Below, one piece after another: positions 51,441-64,000 of a DNA stretch of 64,000 nucleotides (positions are counted from its first letter, which is position 1; each line of letters begins with the position of its first letter). The position numbers were made by a program, and so were the translations under genes. The notes below the pieces were generated by a model. It was not told the DNA's origin, ran no database searches, and saw nothing but the letters and a program-made list of their open reading frames with translations. Source of the DNA: Malacoraja senta (lineage: Eukaryota); contig CM075995.1 of the NCBI GenBank assembly GCA_038087875.1, forward strand, positions 2,296,001 through 2,360,000. The letters run 5' to 3'.

Positions 51441-53169
51441 TATCTTTATTTGTGTGCTGCATAACGTTTTGTGTCTAATTTGATATTAAATTTGATATTA
51501 AAGCGCAGCGGTAGAGTTGCTGCCTTGCAGTGCCAGAGACCCGGGTTCGAACCTGCCCACGGGTGCTGCACAAAGTTTGTACTTTCTCCCTGTGACTGCA
51601 TGAGTTTTCCCCGGGTGCTCCAGTTTCCTCCCACACTCCAAAGACGTACAAGTTTGTAGGCTAATTGGCTTTGATAAAGATAGTAAATTATATCTTAAAG
51701 ATAGCAGTGCTATGGGGAGTAGGTGGGAACGGGGTACTGATTGTGGATGAGCAGCCACATTGAATGGCGGTGCTGACTCCTGCACCTATTGTCTAATGTC
51801 TATTGTCTATTGTCTATTGTCTATTGTCTATTGTCTATTGTCTATCTCTAGTGTGTATGATAGTGCTAGCATGCGGGGATCACTGGTGGGCTGAAGGGCC
51901 TGTTTCAGCGCTGTCTCTTTGAACTAAACTAAACATAGAGAAGAAACTGGATGTTGACTGGAGCCACATTACAATTAAATTACAGAAAGGACTGTCATGT
52001 AAAATGGTAACCAGGGAAGCAGCAAAGAACAAGCCCAGAGGAGAGCAGGCAGGAAAATTCTGGCAAAAAATGGGAAGCTCCTGGAAATAATGAGGAAGAT
52101 GCGCAGAGCTTTGGCGTATTAGCAATTGTACTGACTATGTACTAATAGAAGATATCTCCTCAAGCATCCACCCAAATTCCTTCCAGTGCCATTGAGTCAT
52201 TGAGTCATAGTCATACAGCATGGAAACTGCCCCTTCAGCCCAACCTGCCCACGCCGACCAACATGCCCCATCTACACTAGTCCCACCTGCCTCCCTTTGG
52301 TCCTTATCTCTCTACTTACTCTACCGCTGCACCACCATGCCACCCCAAAGAAACCTGAAAGAAGAATGTAAGATAATGTGATGCATAAGTAGAGTGGAAA
52401 GTCAAAATCCTTAATCCTTGGCAGGGATATTCAAAACAGGAGGGCATAGATTCAGGATGAGAGTAAAATCACTATTTCAACAGTGATCTGATGGGTACAT
52501 TGATCACACAAGATGTGGTTGATATCTGGACACTGCCAGAGGAATCAGATGCAATTACTGCATTGAAGAGACCTTTGGACAAGCACTTAAATAGGCTGAA
52601 GGCAGAGAAGGATAATGACCTAGGTTGGACAAATGGCAATAGTGTAACCGGGCAGAAAGATCAAAATGGATACGGTAGGCCAAAGCCAAAGCCAAAGTCA
52701 AATGTATTTGTCACATGCACCAACCAAGGTAGGCTGAATGTAGACTCAAAAGGAAAGAATAGACAGAAGAGGAATAGGTGACGAGACCCTTCCTCAGGAC
52801 CCAAAACGTCACCCAACCCCTTTCCTCCAGAGATGCTGCATGACCCACTGAGTTACTCCGCCATTTTGTGCCTATCCTCGGAGTAAGCCAGCACCTGCAC
52901 TTCCTTCCTATGCACGGGTAGGCTGAAGGGTTCACTTCTGTGCTCCACAACTCTACGACTTTACACTCGCTAGCACATGTATTACACGTTTTATCCTTAG
53001 CAACCTTGCCACTTTGGGATACAACTCCATGGGCACAATTGCCTTTTCTTTCCTCAGCCTGTGGGCCTAATTATTAGTCTGCCCAAGTACAGTATTAATG
53101 CGTTTATAAATGAGGCGGCAATCTGTACACCTTCTCCCTCTGCCTCCTCCACATGTAATTAAAAAGAAT

Positions 53170-53520
53170 GAGCTTATGTTTGTATATACCATCATTTATC
53201 ACCACAGGCTGCCCTCTAGCAAGTCGCAAACAATTAAATAATTTTGAGATTTAATTATTGATGTAAGTCGGGGAACACAGTGGTTATCAATTTGGGCACA
53301 GCAAGGACTATGGGCAATAAGGTGCTAATGACCAATTAATGTGCTTTTGTGACTGGATGAGAAATATATATATTGGCCAAAACACTGGGAGAAGTCCCTC
53401 GTCCTTCTTCGAAGGTTCACCACAGGGTACGTTACATCCACCTGTGAGGGCAGATGTGAGGGCAGATGGGGTCGGTTTTAAAACCTCATTTGCAAAATAT
53501 AACTATTCTCACTGGCAGTT
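53170..53520 (-). mobile_element. Old Deu-domain SINE remnant (SacSINE/AmnSINE-like)
   Basis: ttacatccacctgtgagggcagatggggtcggttttaaaacctcat resembles the reverse Deu domain as I recall it; not aligned. Confidence 0.45.
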
Positions 53521-53569
53521 TTCCAACAGATATTACAGGTGCAGGGATAAATTAAAGAGCGCACTTGAG

Positions 53570-54485
53570 TTGAGTTTAGTTTAGACATACAGCGCGGAAA
53601 CGGGCCCTTCAGCCCACCGAGACCGCAACGACCAGCGATCCCCGCACACTAACGGTGGCGCAGCGGTAGAGTTGCTGCCTTACAGCGCTTACAGCGCCAG
53701 AGACCCGGGTTCGGTCCTGACTACGGGTGCTGCCTGTACGGAATTTGGCAGGCTCTCCCCGTGACCGCATAGGTTTCCTCCGAGATCTTCGGTTTCCTCC
53801 CACACTCCAAAGACGTGCAGGTTTGTAGGTTAATTGGCTTGGTAAATGTAAATTGTCCCTAGTGTGTGTAGGACAGTTTTAGTGTGTGGGAATCATTGGT
53901 CAATAGACAATAGACAATAGGTGCTGGAGTAGGCCATTCGGCCCTTCGAGCCAGCACCGCCATTCAATGTGATCATGGCTGATCATCCACAATCAGTACC
54001 CCGTTCATGCCTTCTCTCCATATCCCCTGACTCCGCTATCTTTAAGAGCCCTATCTAGCTCTAAGTCGCTGCGAACTCGGTGGGCCGAAGGGCCTGTTGC
54101 CGTGCTGTATCTCTAAACTAAACTAAACTAACACTATCCTACACACACTAGGGACAATTTATAATGATACAAAGCAAATTAAGCTGAAAACCTGTATGTC
54201 TTTTATGCCTCACAGCGCCAGAGACCCGGGTCCGATTCTGACTACGGGTGCTGTCTGTACGGAGTTTGTACGCTCTCCCCATGACCCACATGGGTTTTCT
54301 CCGGGTGCTCTGGTTTCCTCCCACACTCCAAAGACGTGCAGGTTTGTAGGTTAATTAGCTTCAGTAAAATTGTAAAATTATTCCCGATGTGTAGGATAGT
54401 GCGAGTGTGCGAGTATCGCTGGTCGGAGTGGACTCGGTGGGCGGAAGAGCCTGTTTCTGCACCGTATAAACAAAATAAAACTAAA
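53570..54485. mobile_element. Cluster of nested V-SINEs with a CR1 tail insert
   Basis: A minus-strand SINE is interrupted at actaac by a plus-strand SINE (53653-54130); a further plus-strand copy lies at 54206-54485. Confidence 0.75.
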
Positions 54486-54487
54486 CC

Positions 54488-54717
54488 CCTGGCGCCACCC
54501 GGTGGTTACGCCACTTACTGGGCGAACCCTCGGCAGTCGGGGGCAGAGTCACGTGACTGGGTTTGGCGGGAAGGAGTCGTCACGAGGTTTAGGGGTGTGC
54601 CCTGGTATATATAAAGAACCCCGGGTCAGCCTTCCCCCATTCGCGTGTGTGTTTACTGTGTTAATAAAGATCTCTTTGCTTCACCACGCGTGGCTTGCTT
54701 CTTTGCCCGCCATAACT
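54488..54717 (+). mobile_element. Possible solo LTR remnant
   Basis: E-box palindrome agtcacgtgact at 54547-54558, TATATATAAA at 54606-54615 and AATAAA at 54663-54668, in LTR-like order; no clean TG...CA ends or TSD. Confidence 0.4.
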
Positions 54718-54756
54718 CAATGGGTATTTATAAAACAGAGATTAACAGATTAGTAA

Positions 54757-55417
54757 TGGGCCTGTCCCACTTAGGCGATTTTTCAGCGGACTGCTGGCGA
54801 CTGTCATGTTGCTGGCAGTCGCCTGAAAAACCGGCAACTGGAACGGCGACTGTCAGAGTGGAACACACACACACACACACACAAACACATCGCTTCCTTC
54901 ACCAGCCCATGTGAATTTTGTAGACAGCGCGCCCCCCGCTTGCCCTGTCGAAGAAATTCACATGGTGCAAAGCCAAGGTGATACAGACACACACCGCGAT
55001 GAACAGGAAGGTTGGCACTGTAATTAAGACGGCCAAAGTACAGTGTACAGTAAGTCCTTTAAAAGAGGGGGAGGGAGAGGGGTGAGAGGGGAGAGAAGGG
55101 GGGAGAAGGAGTGGTGACAACTTTTAAGAAGCCAGAGCTACACAGCTGTGAAGCTCGGCGGACATTTAACGTATCCTTGGTTCTGAAAACTACTGCTTAC
55201 CTTTTTTTACCCCAATGAGCCAAAGAAATTCACCGGTCAGCACAGGCTACAACCTCGGAGAACCTCGGAGAACCTTCGACCTCCTGGCAACCCACTAGAA
55301 CCTCCTGGCGACCCACCTACGGCTTGTGAATTCTCGCTACTCTCCATGGCGACCTCATTCAAGTAATGAGGCCGCGACTAGTTCCCAGAATGCAGTCGCC
55401 TAAGTGTGACAGGCCCA
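54757..55417. mobile_element. PIF/Harbinger MITE (661 bp)
   Basis: TIRs tgggcctgtcccacttaggcga / tcgcctaagtgtgacaggccca; TAA TSD at 54754-54756 and 55418-55420. Confidence 0.87.
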
Positions 55418-56029
55418 TAAGGGTGTCAGGGGTTATGGGGCAAAGGCAGGAGAATGGAATTGAGAGGGGAAGATAGATCAGCCATGATTAAATGACAGAG
55501 TTGACTTGATGGGTCGAATGGCCTAATTCTGCTCCTAGAACTAATGAACTAAACTAAGCTGCTGTGCTGAAATTGAAACTCGCAGCTCTGGATCACTAGT
55601 CCATTTTTCCAATTGCTAGTGCATAAACCTTACTCCTATTTTACTGTAGGCTGAGATAGACAGCCAGTGAAAGCCATGGCCTGTTAACATACCCTTAGAA
55701 CAGATGGTTAACTCATCAAATATACCACCGGGCTGATCTACCAAAGGTTACAATTTGAACATTTGAAAACAATTATTTTTAAACTAATGGGTGGGAGAAA
55801 CAAAAATACCTTGGCAAAGGGTTTCCACAGAGCTGGGCCCACTCCAGACTCGGATCAGCCTTGACGAAAATCACTCCAATTATGTGGACATGCTGAATTA
55901 TTTCTTTCCCACCATAAATGCTGAAAAATGCTGGAAGCACTCGGCAAGTCAAACAGCGTCTGTGGAACGAAACACAAAGGTCATGTTCCCGGTTGGAAAG
56001 TGGGAAAGAGAGAAAGATCATCTTAAATT

Positions 56030-56741
56030 GGTAAAAGCTAGCTTCTTTCAGCTTCGGACGATAGCTAAAATAAAACAATTCCTCCACTTTGATGACCTCG
56101 AAAAGATCATCCACACATTTATCTCCTCCCGCCTAGATTACTGCAACTCCCTTTCCACTGGCATCAGCCAATCTTCCCTGTCCCGCCTGCAACTGGTCCA
56201 AAACGCCGCAGCGAGACTCCTGACGGGCACCCGAAAAAGGGACCACGTCACCCCGATCCTGGCCTCTCTCCACTGGCTCCCTGTGCGGTTCCGTATACAT
56301 TTCAAGATCCTCCTCTATGTCTACAAAGCCCTCAATGGGCTTGCCCCCACCTACATTAAAAGTCTTCTCACCCACCACTCCACCTCCAGGTCCCTCAGTT
56401 CGGCCGACTTGGGGTTACTGAACATCCCGCGGTCTGGGCATAAGCTCAGGGGCGACCGCGCCTTTGGGGTTGCTGCTCCCAGACTGTGGAACAGCATCCC
56501 CCTTCCCATCAGAACTGCCCCCTCCATCGACTCCTTTAAGTCATCGACTCCCTATAAGTCAAGTCAAGACTTATCTATACTCCCAAGCCTTTCTTGACGT
56601 CCTCTGAGCGAGGGCTATATGTATATATGTATGTAGTTTGTTTATTTATACTATTCTTATAACAAATTTAAAGCACTTTGGCCAACGAGAGTTGTTTTTA
56701 AATGTGTTATATAAATAAATGTGACTTGACTTGACTTGACT
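56030..56741 (+). mobile_element. L2 LINE 3' fragment
   Basis: IHTFISSRLDYCNSL, LQLVQNAAARLL, LHWLPVRFRIHFKILL, RAF..AAPRLWN; aataaa plus (gactt)n tail. Confidence 0.9.
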
Positions 56742-59034
56742 AAATTGCAGAGTTACTCCAAAGAGGTACAGGGTTGTAGGTGAATTGGCTTGGTATAATT
56801 GGCTTGGTATAATTGCAGAGAAAGTGGCAAGAGGGATAGATAGGACAAAGGGAATATCTGTGAAGGTGGTGTCACAGGTAGATAGGATGGTCAAAAAGGC
56901 ATTTGGTGCATTATAGACAATAGACAATAGACAATAGGTGCAAGAGTGGGCCATTAGGCCCTTTGAGCCAGCACCGCCATTCAATGTGATCATGGCTGAT
57001 CATCCCCATTGGCCTTCATCAGTCAGAGTATTGAGTATAGAAGTTGGGAGGTCATATTGAAGTTGTATATGACATTTGTGAGGCCACATTTAGAGTATTG
57101 GGTAGGAAGAAAGGTTCAGGTACTCGTGAAACGCGGTAAACTCGTGAAGTTTTTTCAACAGTGCAGAGAGTGTCCACGAGAGTCCCCGAGTACCTACGAA
57201 CGGCTATTATCGTAATTCTCCGAGTCCGAATCAGGGGAAACTCGGGAGAACACTTGAATTACCTCGTACAGTGGGACAGGCCCTTAAATCTGGTTTATAA
57301 CATTTTCGAGGTGCAGACACTTGGAGAGGTACATGGATAGGAAGGGTTTGGAGGGATTATAGACCAAGAGCAGGCAAATGGGTCTGGTTTAGATGGGGCA
57401 TCTTGGTCAGCATGGACAAATTGGGCTGAAGGTCCTGTTTCCATGCTGTATGATTCAATGATTCAATGATAGTAGTTACTGTAGATTTAGCTCTTAAGGC
57501 TAAAGGAATCAAGGGATATGGGGGAAAAGCAGGAACGGGGTACTGATTTTAGATGATCAGCTATGATCATATTGAATGGCGGTGCTGGCTCAAAGGGCCG
57601 AGTGGCCTACTCCTGCACCTATTTTTCTATGTTTCGATGACTCGATGACTCGGTGACTTGGTGACTCTCTGCACCCGTACAGGCATGTACTGTCACAATA
57701 AAAGCACTGGGTTGCAGTGATTCGGTTCAGTTCAGTTTAGTTTATTGTCACGTGTACCGAGGTACAGTGAAAAGCTTTTGTTGCGTGCTATCTAGTCAGC
57801 AGAAAGACAATACATCATTACAATACAGTGTATAGATGCTACACGATAAGGGAATAACGTTAGTACAAGCTAAAGCCAGTGATATACCACTGTCTTGAAA
57901 GGAATTTCAAGCGAGATAAAGTTTTGTTTAAAATACAACCAGCATGTCAGATTGTTAATGGTGTTATATGAAAGTAGCTAGAATGTTTCTGCATGTGTCT
58001 CTGTTTTATTTCATGCTGTTTTATTTTAAAATAAACATTCTGAAAGAGCTTGTGTCTGAGCATGAAGCGTAACGTCTGGCTGTCAGTGGCCTTCTGGGCT
58101 GGGCGTGGTGGAAGTGGGGAAAGGACGTGTTAAGGTCGGAACCATTGACTTCTTGTGGGGAAATCTGAAGAGTTTGGTCAGGATCATGAAGTCAAGAAGA
58201 CCAAACCTAATTTTTCAGTGAATGAACAAGCGTGCCCAAGTGTAGCAAGACCTGGAACTACTGAACTACTTGCTCAATGAGTCGTGAAACATCATCTACC
58301 TCACTGGTGAAGTGTGAAAGCGCACGCCTCCAGACTCAGGGACAGTTTCTTCATCATCATCCTACCACTAACTAGAGAGCAGTCCTGAACTACTAGCTAC
58401 CTCATTGGAGACCCTCGGACTATCCTTGATCGGACTTTGCTGGCTTTACCTTGCACCAAATGTCATTCCCTTTATCATGTATCTGTACACTGTGAATGGC
58501 TCGATTGTAATCACGTATTGTCTTTCCGCTGACTGGTTAGCAACAAAGGCTTTTCACTGTACCTTGGTACACGTGACACTAAACTAAACTGGAACTGATC
58601 TATTTTCCAGATGTGGGCTCATAAGTGGCAAGTAACAAGCACATCACACTCATACCAGGAATGGACCATCTCCAACAAGAAGGAGACTAATGATCCCGTC
58701 TTTGACCTCTGCCTCAGTCACCACAAGCCAAAAGCCAACGCAAGTGATTGTCAAGTTGCCAAGCTTTAACTAGTAGAGTGCCTCATAGATCAACACTGAA
58801 GCCACAGCTAGTTACAATGTAAGTTGTATAGAGGAAGGCACCATATGTTATATATTCATGTTTCCTGGTGCTACATGAGAAAGATGCTACATGCTAGATG
58901 AGAAAGTAAACTGTAAGAAGAATACATGGATTCTGCAAAGGGATACAGACAGGCTAGATGAGTGGATAAAATGTTGGCAAATAGCGTGCAATGAAGGGAA
59001 ATTTTGAAGGAAGAATAGAAACGTGGGATATTAT

Positions 59035-60900
59035 TTAAACAATTGTTAAGGCCATTGGACTGTAGTCGTTAAGACCTGAAGCCTTGCTTTTCTTAGACTC
59101 TGGGATGATAGTGGTCTTCTTGAAGCAGGTGAGTACCTCGGAACGGATTAGGGAGAGAAGAAAGATGTCCATGAATATTCCCGCAAGTTGGACCACGTAT
59201 CTTCTAATGACGCGGCCAGGGATTCCATCCGGGTCAGTTGCTTTCTGTGGGTTCACCCTCAGGAAGGCTGATCTAACCGCTGTAACAGTCACCCTGGGGA
59301 GAGGCACACTTGAGTCTGATGGGACGGATGTCATGGATGTGATGGGATGGGATGGGATGGATGGATTTTGGCCTTCTGCTCGAACCGAGCGTGGAAAGCA
59401 TTAAGTTCATCAGGGAGGGCCGCACTCTCACCAGCGCTGTTACCTGACTTCACTTTGCAGCCAGTTATAGTGCTCAGACCTTGCAACATTCTGCGTGTGT
59501 CCAGATGAATATACCAGGACTCTTCTCCGTGGATTGTCACCTTGTCGTGCTGGAGAAGCTTGCCTGGACCTGAGATCCTGAGAGCGGTGCCGTCTGGAGC
59601 TATGCTCCTGGTAGGGTCACTCATGGCGGTAAGGTCGAGGGGGAGGTCTCTGACAAAGAGCAATCCAACCAAGACCTCAACAGTGGAACAGGCGGAGGAT
59701 GATAGCTGACCTTAGTGGAGCGTCACAACGGCTGGGAAGGCGGATGAATGCTGCAGCAGAAAAGGTTCCCGGTCGTCTTGGACTCCATGCCACTGGGCGC
59801 CGGAGGAGGGAGAAGGCAACCCTGCCAGCAGTCTGTTCGTTTTTTCATCCTTTTTGTTATTTTTAGCGTTTGTTTAAAGTTTGTTTTAATGTTCTTCTGT
59901 TTGTTTTATGTGGGGGGGAGGGGGGGAGGGGGAAACTTTTTTTTTTAGGTTGTTACCTTCCCGGAGAGGTGATCAAGTTTCAGATCACATTCTCCGGGCT
60001 CTGCGGCCTATCATCGCTGGAGCTGGAAGCCGCCTCGGACTGTCGCGAGCCCCACCGCGGGGTGCGGACTTAACATCGGAGCGGATCCCTTGCCTGGGAT
60101 CGCTCCCACCGCGGCCTGCGGACTTACCATCAAGGGCTCACCGTCTCGGGAGAGGCTAGTCGGGAGCTCCAACGCCGCGGAAGGTTCGTCCAGCCCCGAC
60201 GCGAGGTTCGATCGCCCGGCGCGGGGGACCTGACATCCCCCCCGATGCGGGAGCTGAACGCCTCGACGCGGAGGGCCTGAACACCGCCGGCTAAGGGAGT
60301 CAAGACCATCCCGTCAACGGGGGGCTCGAGGCCCCCGACCAAGGAAGAACAACAAGGGAAGGACTTGAACATTATTTTCTCCTTCCATCACAGTGAGGAA
60401 TGTGTAGGAGTCAATGTGATGGATGTTTATGTTAAAATGTGTTTTCTGAGTCTGTTGCTTTTTTAAATTGCATGACTGACCTGTCCAGTGAAATTCACTC
60501 CACCAATTGGTGTATGTGACAATAAATGAACTTATGTACTTATGAACTTATGAATTCTGACCCTGATCTGTCAAGGACCGTGTGGTGGCTGTCTGTGCAC
60601 CAGTCTCCCCACGTTAAACAAAGTCACGCGCAGGCGTCCTCCATGAGAGGACAGGCCTACTCGTTTCGAGTGATCGCTGATGATGATGATACTAGGACTC
60701 ATGTTTGTCCCGCTGTTGTCTCTTGGTTGGCATCCTTGATGGCTTTGGGCAATGGACCTGGCCTTCACCTGTGAATGTACCGGTTCATCCATGGTTTTTC
60801 CGGTTGGGGAACACTTGGATTGACTTCGTCGGCCCGCAGTCCTCCACGCACTTGCTGATGAAGTCAGTCGCGGCAGTGGCGTACTCATTCAGGTTGGCTG
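59035..60900 (-). mobile_element. Rex1/Babar-type LINE fragment (pre-RT/RT start), interrupted
   Basis: LPDELNAFHARFE; VNPQKATDPDGIPGRV...CFKKTTIIP...LNDYSPMALT. Confidence 0.8.
59522..60688 (+). mobile_element. Second short RTE-derived element, interrupted by a GC-rich retroposon (~59795-60550)
   Basis: Homologous to 15639-16046; (GAT)n tail; imperfect TSD ataccaggact / atactaggact. Confidence 0.7.
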
Positions 60901-61249
60901 CAGGATCCCTTGGTATCGGGTGTTGGCCTTCACTATACGATTTTAGTTTTCGTTGTCACCCTGTACAGAGGTACAGCGAAAAGCTTTTTTGTTACGGATT
61001 ATCCAGTCAGCAAAAAGAACATACATGATTACAGTCAAGCCATCCACAGCGTACAGATGCAGGATAAAGGGAGTTATGTTTACTGCAAGATAACGTTTTC
61101 TAAGGAAGTAGAGACGGTGGCGTGCTTTCTTGGCCTTCCACATGGTTTGGTCCAGGACAAATTGCTGGTGATATTTATTCCCAAGAACTTGAAGCATTCA
61201 ACCATTTCTACATCGGCACCATCAATGTACAGCAGGTTATGTGTACCAC

Positions 61250-61570
61250 TGGTCCTTGATTCCCCTACTCTGGGTAAAAGGCTCTGTGCATCTACCCGAT
61301 CTATTCCTCTCATGATTTTGTACACCTCTATAATATCATCCCCTCATCCTCCTACACTCCATGGAATAGAATCCCTGCCTACTTAACCTCTCCCTATTGC
61401 TCACACCCTCTAGTCCTGGCAACATCCTCATAAATCTTTTCTGAACCCTTTCAAGCTTGACAATGTCTTTCCTATAACATGGTGGCCAGAACAGAACACA
61501 ATATTCCAAATGCGGCCTCACCAACGTCTTATACAACTGCAACATGACCTCCCAACTTCTATACTCAAAC
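61250..61570 (-). mobile_element. CR1 LINE fragment
   Basis: LYKTLVRPHLEYCVLFWPP...LERVQKRF. Confidence 0.85.
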
Positions 61571-62305
61571 TTCTGCACTGTTACCCGAATGCTGCCTGGA
61601 ATCGGAGGTTTCAGCTATAAGGAGAGGTTGGATAGACTTGTTTTCTCTGTAACGTTGGAGGGGCAATATACAGAAAAAATTAACCTGTAAACTCATTTTT
61701 GGGATGTTGGTGATCATTGGTCGCACGCACTAGCTGGGCCGAATGGCCTGTTTCAACTCTGCATCTCCAAAATTCAATTCATTTCCATACAGTTGGCTGT
61801 GGAGGCCAAGTTAATGGATATTTTTAAGGTGTAGATTGACAGCTTATTGATTAGTACAGGATTATTACAGGTGTTATGGGAGGAATGCAGGAGAAAGGAG
61901 TTGAGAGGGAGAGATAGATCATTAACAATTGAATGGCAGAGTAGACTTGATGGGCCGAATGGCCTAATTCTGCTCCTATAACTTATGATCTCGAAGTAAA
62001 ACTGTCAACAAAATTTGGGATAATATTCATAATTGATAGAACATAGAACATAGGACAGTACACCATCGGCCTTTCGGCCCACAATGTCTGTGCTGTTCAC
62101 AATGCCAAATAAACTAATCTCATCTGCCTGCACATGATCCATATCCCTCCATTCCCTGCACATCCAGTTGCCGACCTAAAAACTCTTAAACGTCACTGTT
62201 GTATCTGCCTCCACCATTACTTCTGGCAGTATGTTCCAAAGATCATAGAGTGGAGTATGTTCCAGGCACCCACCACTCTTTGTGTAAACAAACTTGCCAT
62301 GCACA

Positions 62306-64000
62306 TCTATCTTCTTCTATCTATCTATCTATCTCTACATCTATCTTCTATCTATCTTCTATCCATCCATCCATCCATCCATCCATCCATCCATCCATCC
62401 ATCCATCCATCCATCCATCCATCCATCCATCCATCCATCTATCCATCCACCCATCCACCCATCCACCCATCCACCCATCCACCCATCCACCCATCCACCC
62501 ATCCACCCATCCACCCATCCACCCATCCACCCATCCATCCATCCATCCATCCATCCATCCATCCATCCATCCATCCATCCACCCACCTACCTTCCTACCT
62601 ACCTATCATCTCTTTATATATAACTAAAACTGATCTTATGCTCTTCCGGTTTGCGGGGTTTTTCTACTTGCGCAAAAATGGTACACAATAGCACTACGAG
62701 TTTTCGCCAGGTTACTCACCGTTCTCCTGTGCTGCGAGTGCAACAAGTTTCGTTCTGATCGGTGGTATATTGTAAAAGTTATCGTGGTTTAAAAATCTTT
62801 AAAACCGCACATGCGCAGATTCCTTCAGTCAGCGCCACGCAGATTGCTCTCTTCTCCTGTCAGTCAATGCCACGGCCGGGATGGCAAAGCCCCTTCCTGC
62901 CCCACCGTCGGCGGCCTGTCCCGTCTCACTCACAAACTCCTCTCTCCCCTCCTCACAGTAACTTGTCTATCGTCTACCCCACCACCGGCGGCGGCCACGA
63001 GGAGGGGGTTCAGTGGAGGCCCAGTGGAGACGCTGGTCCCGTCTCTCTCTCTCTCCCTCATTATTCACCCCTCTCCCCTGCCTGCCCTCTGCGGCAATGG
63101 CGGGTCCCGTCTACCCGTCCCCCCGAATCTGTCTCCTCTGCTGCCGCCGCTGCAGTAACTCACCCTCACGGCCCTTCTCGGAGGAGATCTTCTCCACCAG
63201 CTCATCAAAACTCGTGGTGCCCACCATGCCGAACATCGACTCCATTCCCCCCCCGGCAGCGGCAGCGAGCAGGCAGGCAGGTAGGCGGGCGGGCAGGGAC
63301 GGGCCTAGCGGTAGCAGCGGGCAGTCGGACAGGATGGGGTCAGGCCGAGCGGCGGCTGAGCCGGAGTGGGCAGAGGGAGGGAGGGAGAGTCGGTTTGCAG
63401 GGTGGTCGAACAGTTTGCGCAAAGTTTGAGTAAATCACACACACACACAAACTGGTCCAATCGTCAAGTCAACGGGATCTAAACCACAGCTAACAACGAA
63501 TGACCTGTGGAGGAAGGAACTGCAGATGCTGCTTTTTATGGAGGGAGAGGGTGACTGAGGGTAGGGGAAAGGAGAGGGAGGGAGAGGTGCGGTAGTGATT
63601 GGGGAGGAGAGGGGAAAGATCCTGGGGAGGTGAGGAGGGAGTGTGGGGGGATTGAGGGAGAGGAAGGGGTAGGGAGGGAGAGGGGGAAAGTGGGGGAGAT
63701 GAGGAGAGTGGGGGAGGAGGAGGAATAGAGAGAGAGGAGGGAGGAGTGGGGGAGGTCAGGAGGGATAGTGGGGGGGATAGGGGGAGGTGAGGAGTGGGGG
63801 ATAGAGGGATAGGAAGGGGTTGGGGGGAGAGGAGTTATGGAGGGAGGGAGTGACTGAGGGTAGGGGAAAGGAGGGGGAGGGAGAGGTGAGGAAGGGATTG
63901 GGGGAGTGGGGGTGGAGAGGGGAAAGAAGAGGGAGGGTGAAGAGGAGGGGAGGGAGTACTGGGGGATGAGGGGAAATGAGCCACGCCTGCGCAGTTGGGG
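62306..64000 (+). mobile_element. Non-autonomous Helitron family 2, copy B (runs off the window), preceded by (TCTA)/(TCCA)n at 62306-62607
   Basis: 62610-62780 matches the 5' end of 17480-18465; 63961-64000 matches its 3' subterminal region; interrupts a CR1 tail at gcacA|Tc. Confidence 0.7.
63164..63245 (-). other. Candidate captured host first coding exon (27 codons plus 1 nt, MESMFGMVGTTSFDELVEKISSEKGRE)
   Basis: ggaATGG Kozak context, GC-rich upstream UTR-like sequence, strong GC3 codon bias, and a G|GTGAGT donor at 63163-63158. Confidence 0.5.

Noticed and set aside
55791..56597. 268-aa ORF as a host gene
   Set aside because: The C-terminal two thirds is L2 ORF2; the N-terminal part is chance read-through of flanking DNA
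56030..56741. Horizontal transfer of the L2 fragment from teleosts
   Set aside because: The motifs are generic to L2 and no comparative data are available here
63164..63245. Assigning the captured peptide to a VHS-domain protein or glycine decarboxylase because of FDELVEK
   Set aside because: The similarity is too short to support any gene name without a search

Overview
Eukaryotic, repeat-saturated non-coding DNA, most likely from a skate or ray (inferred from HE1/V-SINE-type tRNA SINEs, abundant CR1 LINE pieces, and Rex1, L2 and Penelope-like elements). It contains two 200-N assembly gaps. I found no intact host gene; nearly all listed ORFs are retroelement debris or low-complexity artefacts. 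Main results: (1) A frameshifted Neptune-like Penelope element (RT plus GIY-YIG, 7452-10563, 15-bp TSD) carries a minimal type I hammerhead ribozyme motif at its 3' end. The same ~100-130 bp hammerhead module recurs roughly 20-25 times across the window, as TSD-flanked mini-insertions and as back-to-back palindromes. (2) There are two families of non-autonomous Helitrons. One forms a three-unit head-to-tail array (10603-15569); a copy of the other appears to have captured a host first coding exon with its splice donor (63164-63245). (3) Two copies of a ~1.04-kb TAG...CTA DNA transposon each have an unusual 7-bp TSD. (4) Also present are PIF/Harbinger MITEs, short RTE-derived elements, and local inverted and direct duplications. 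All calls were made by eye, without database searches or folding software.
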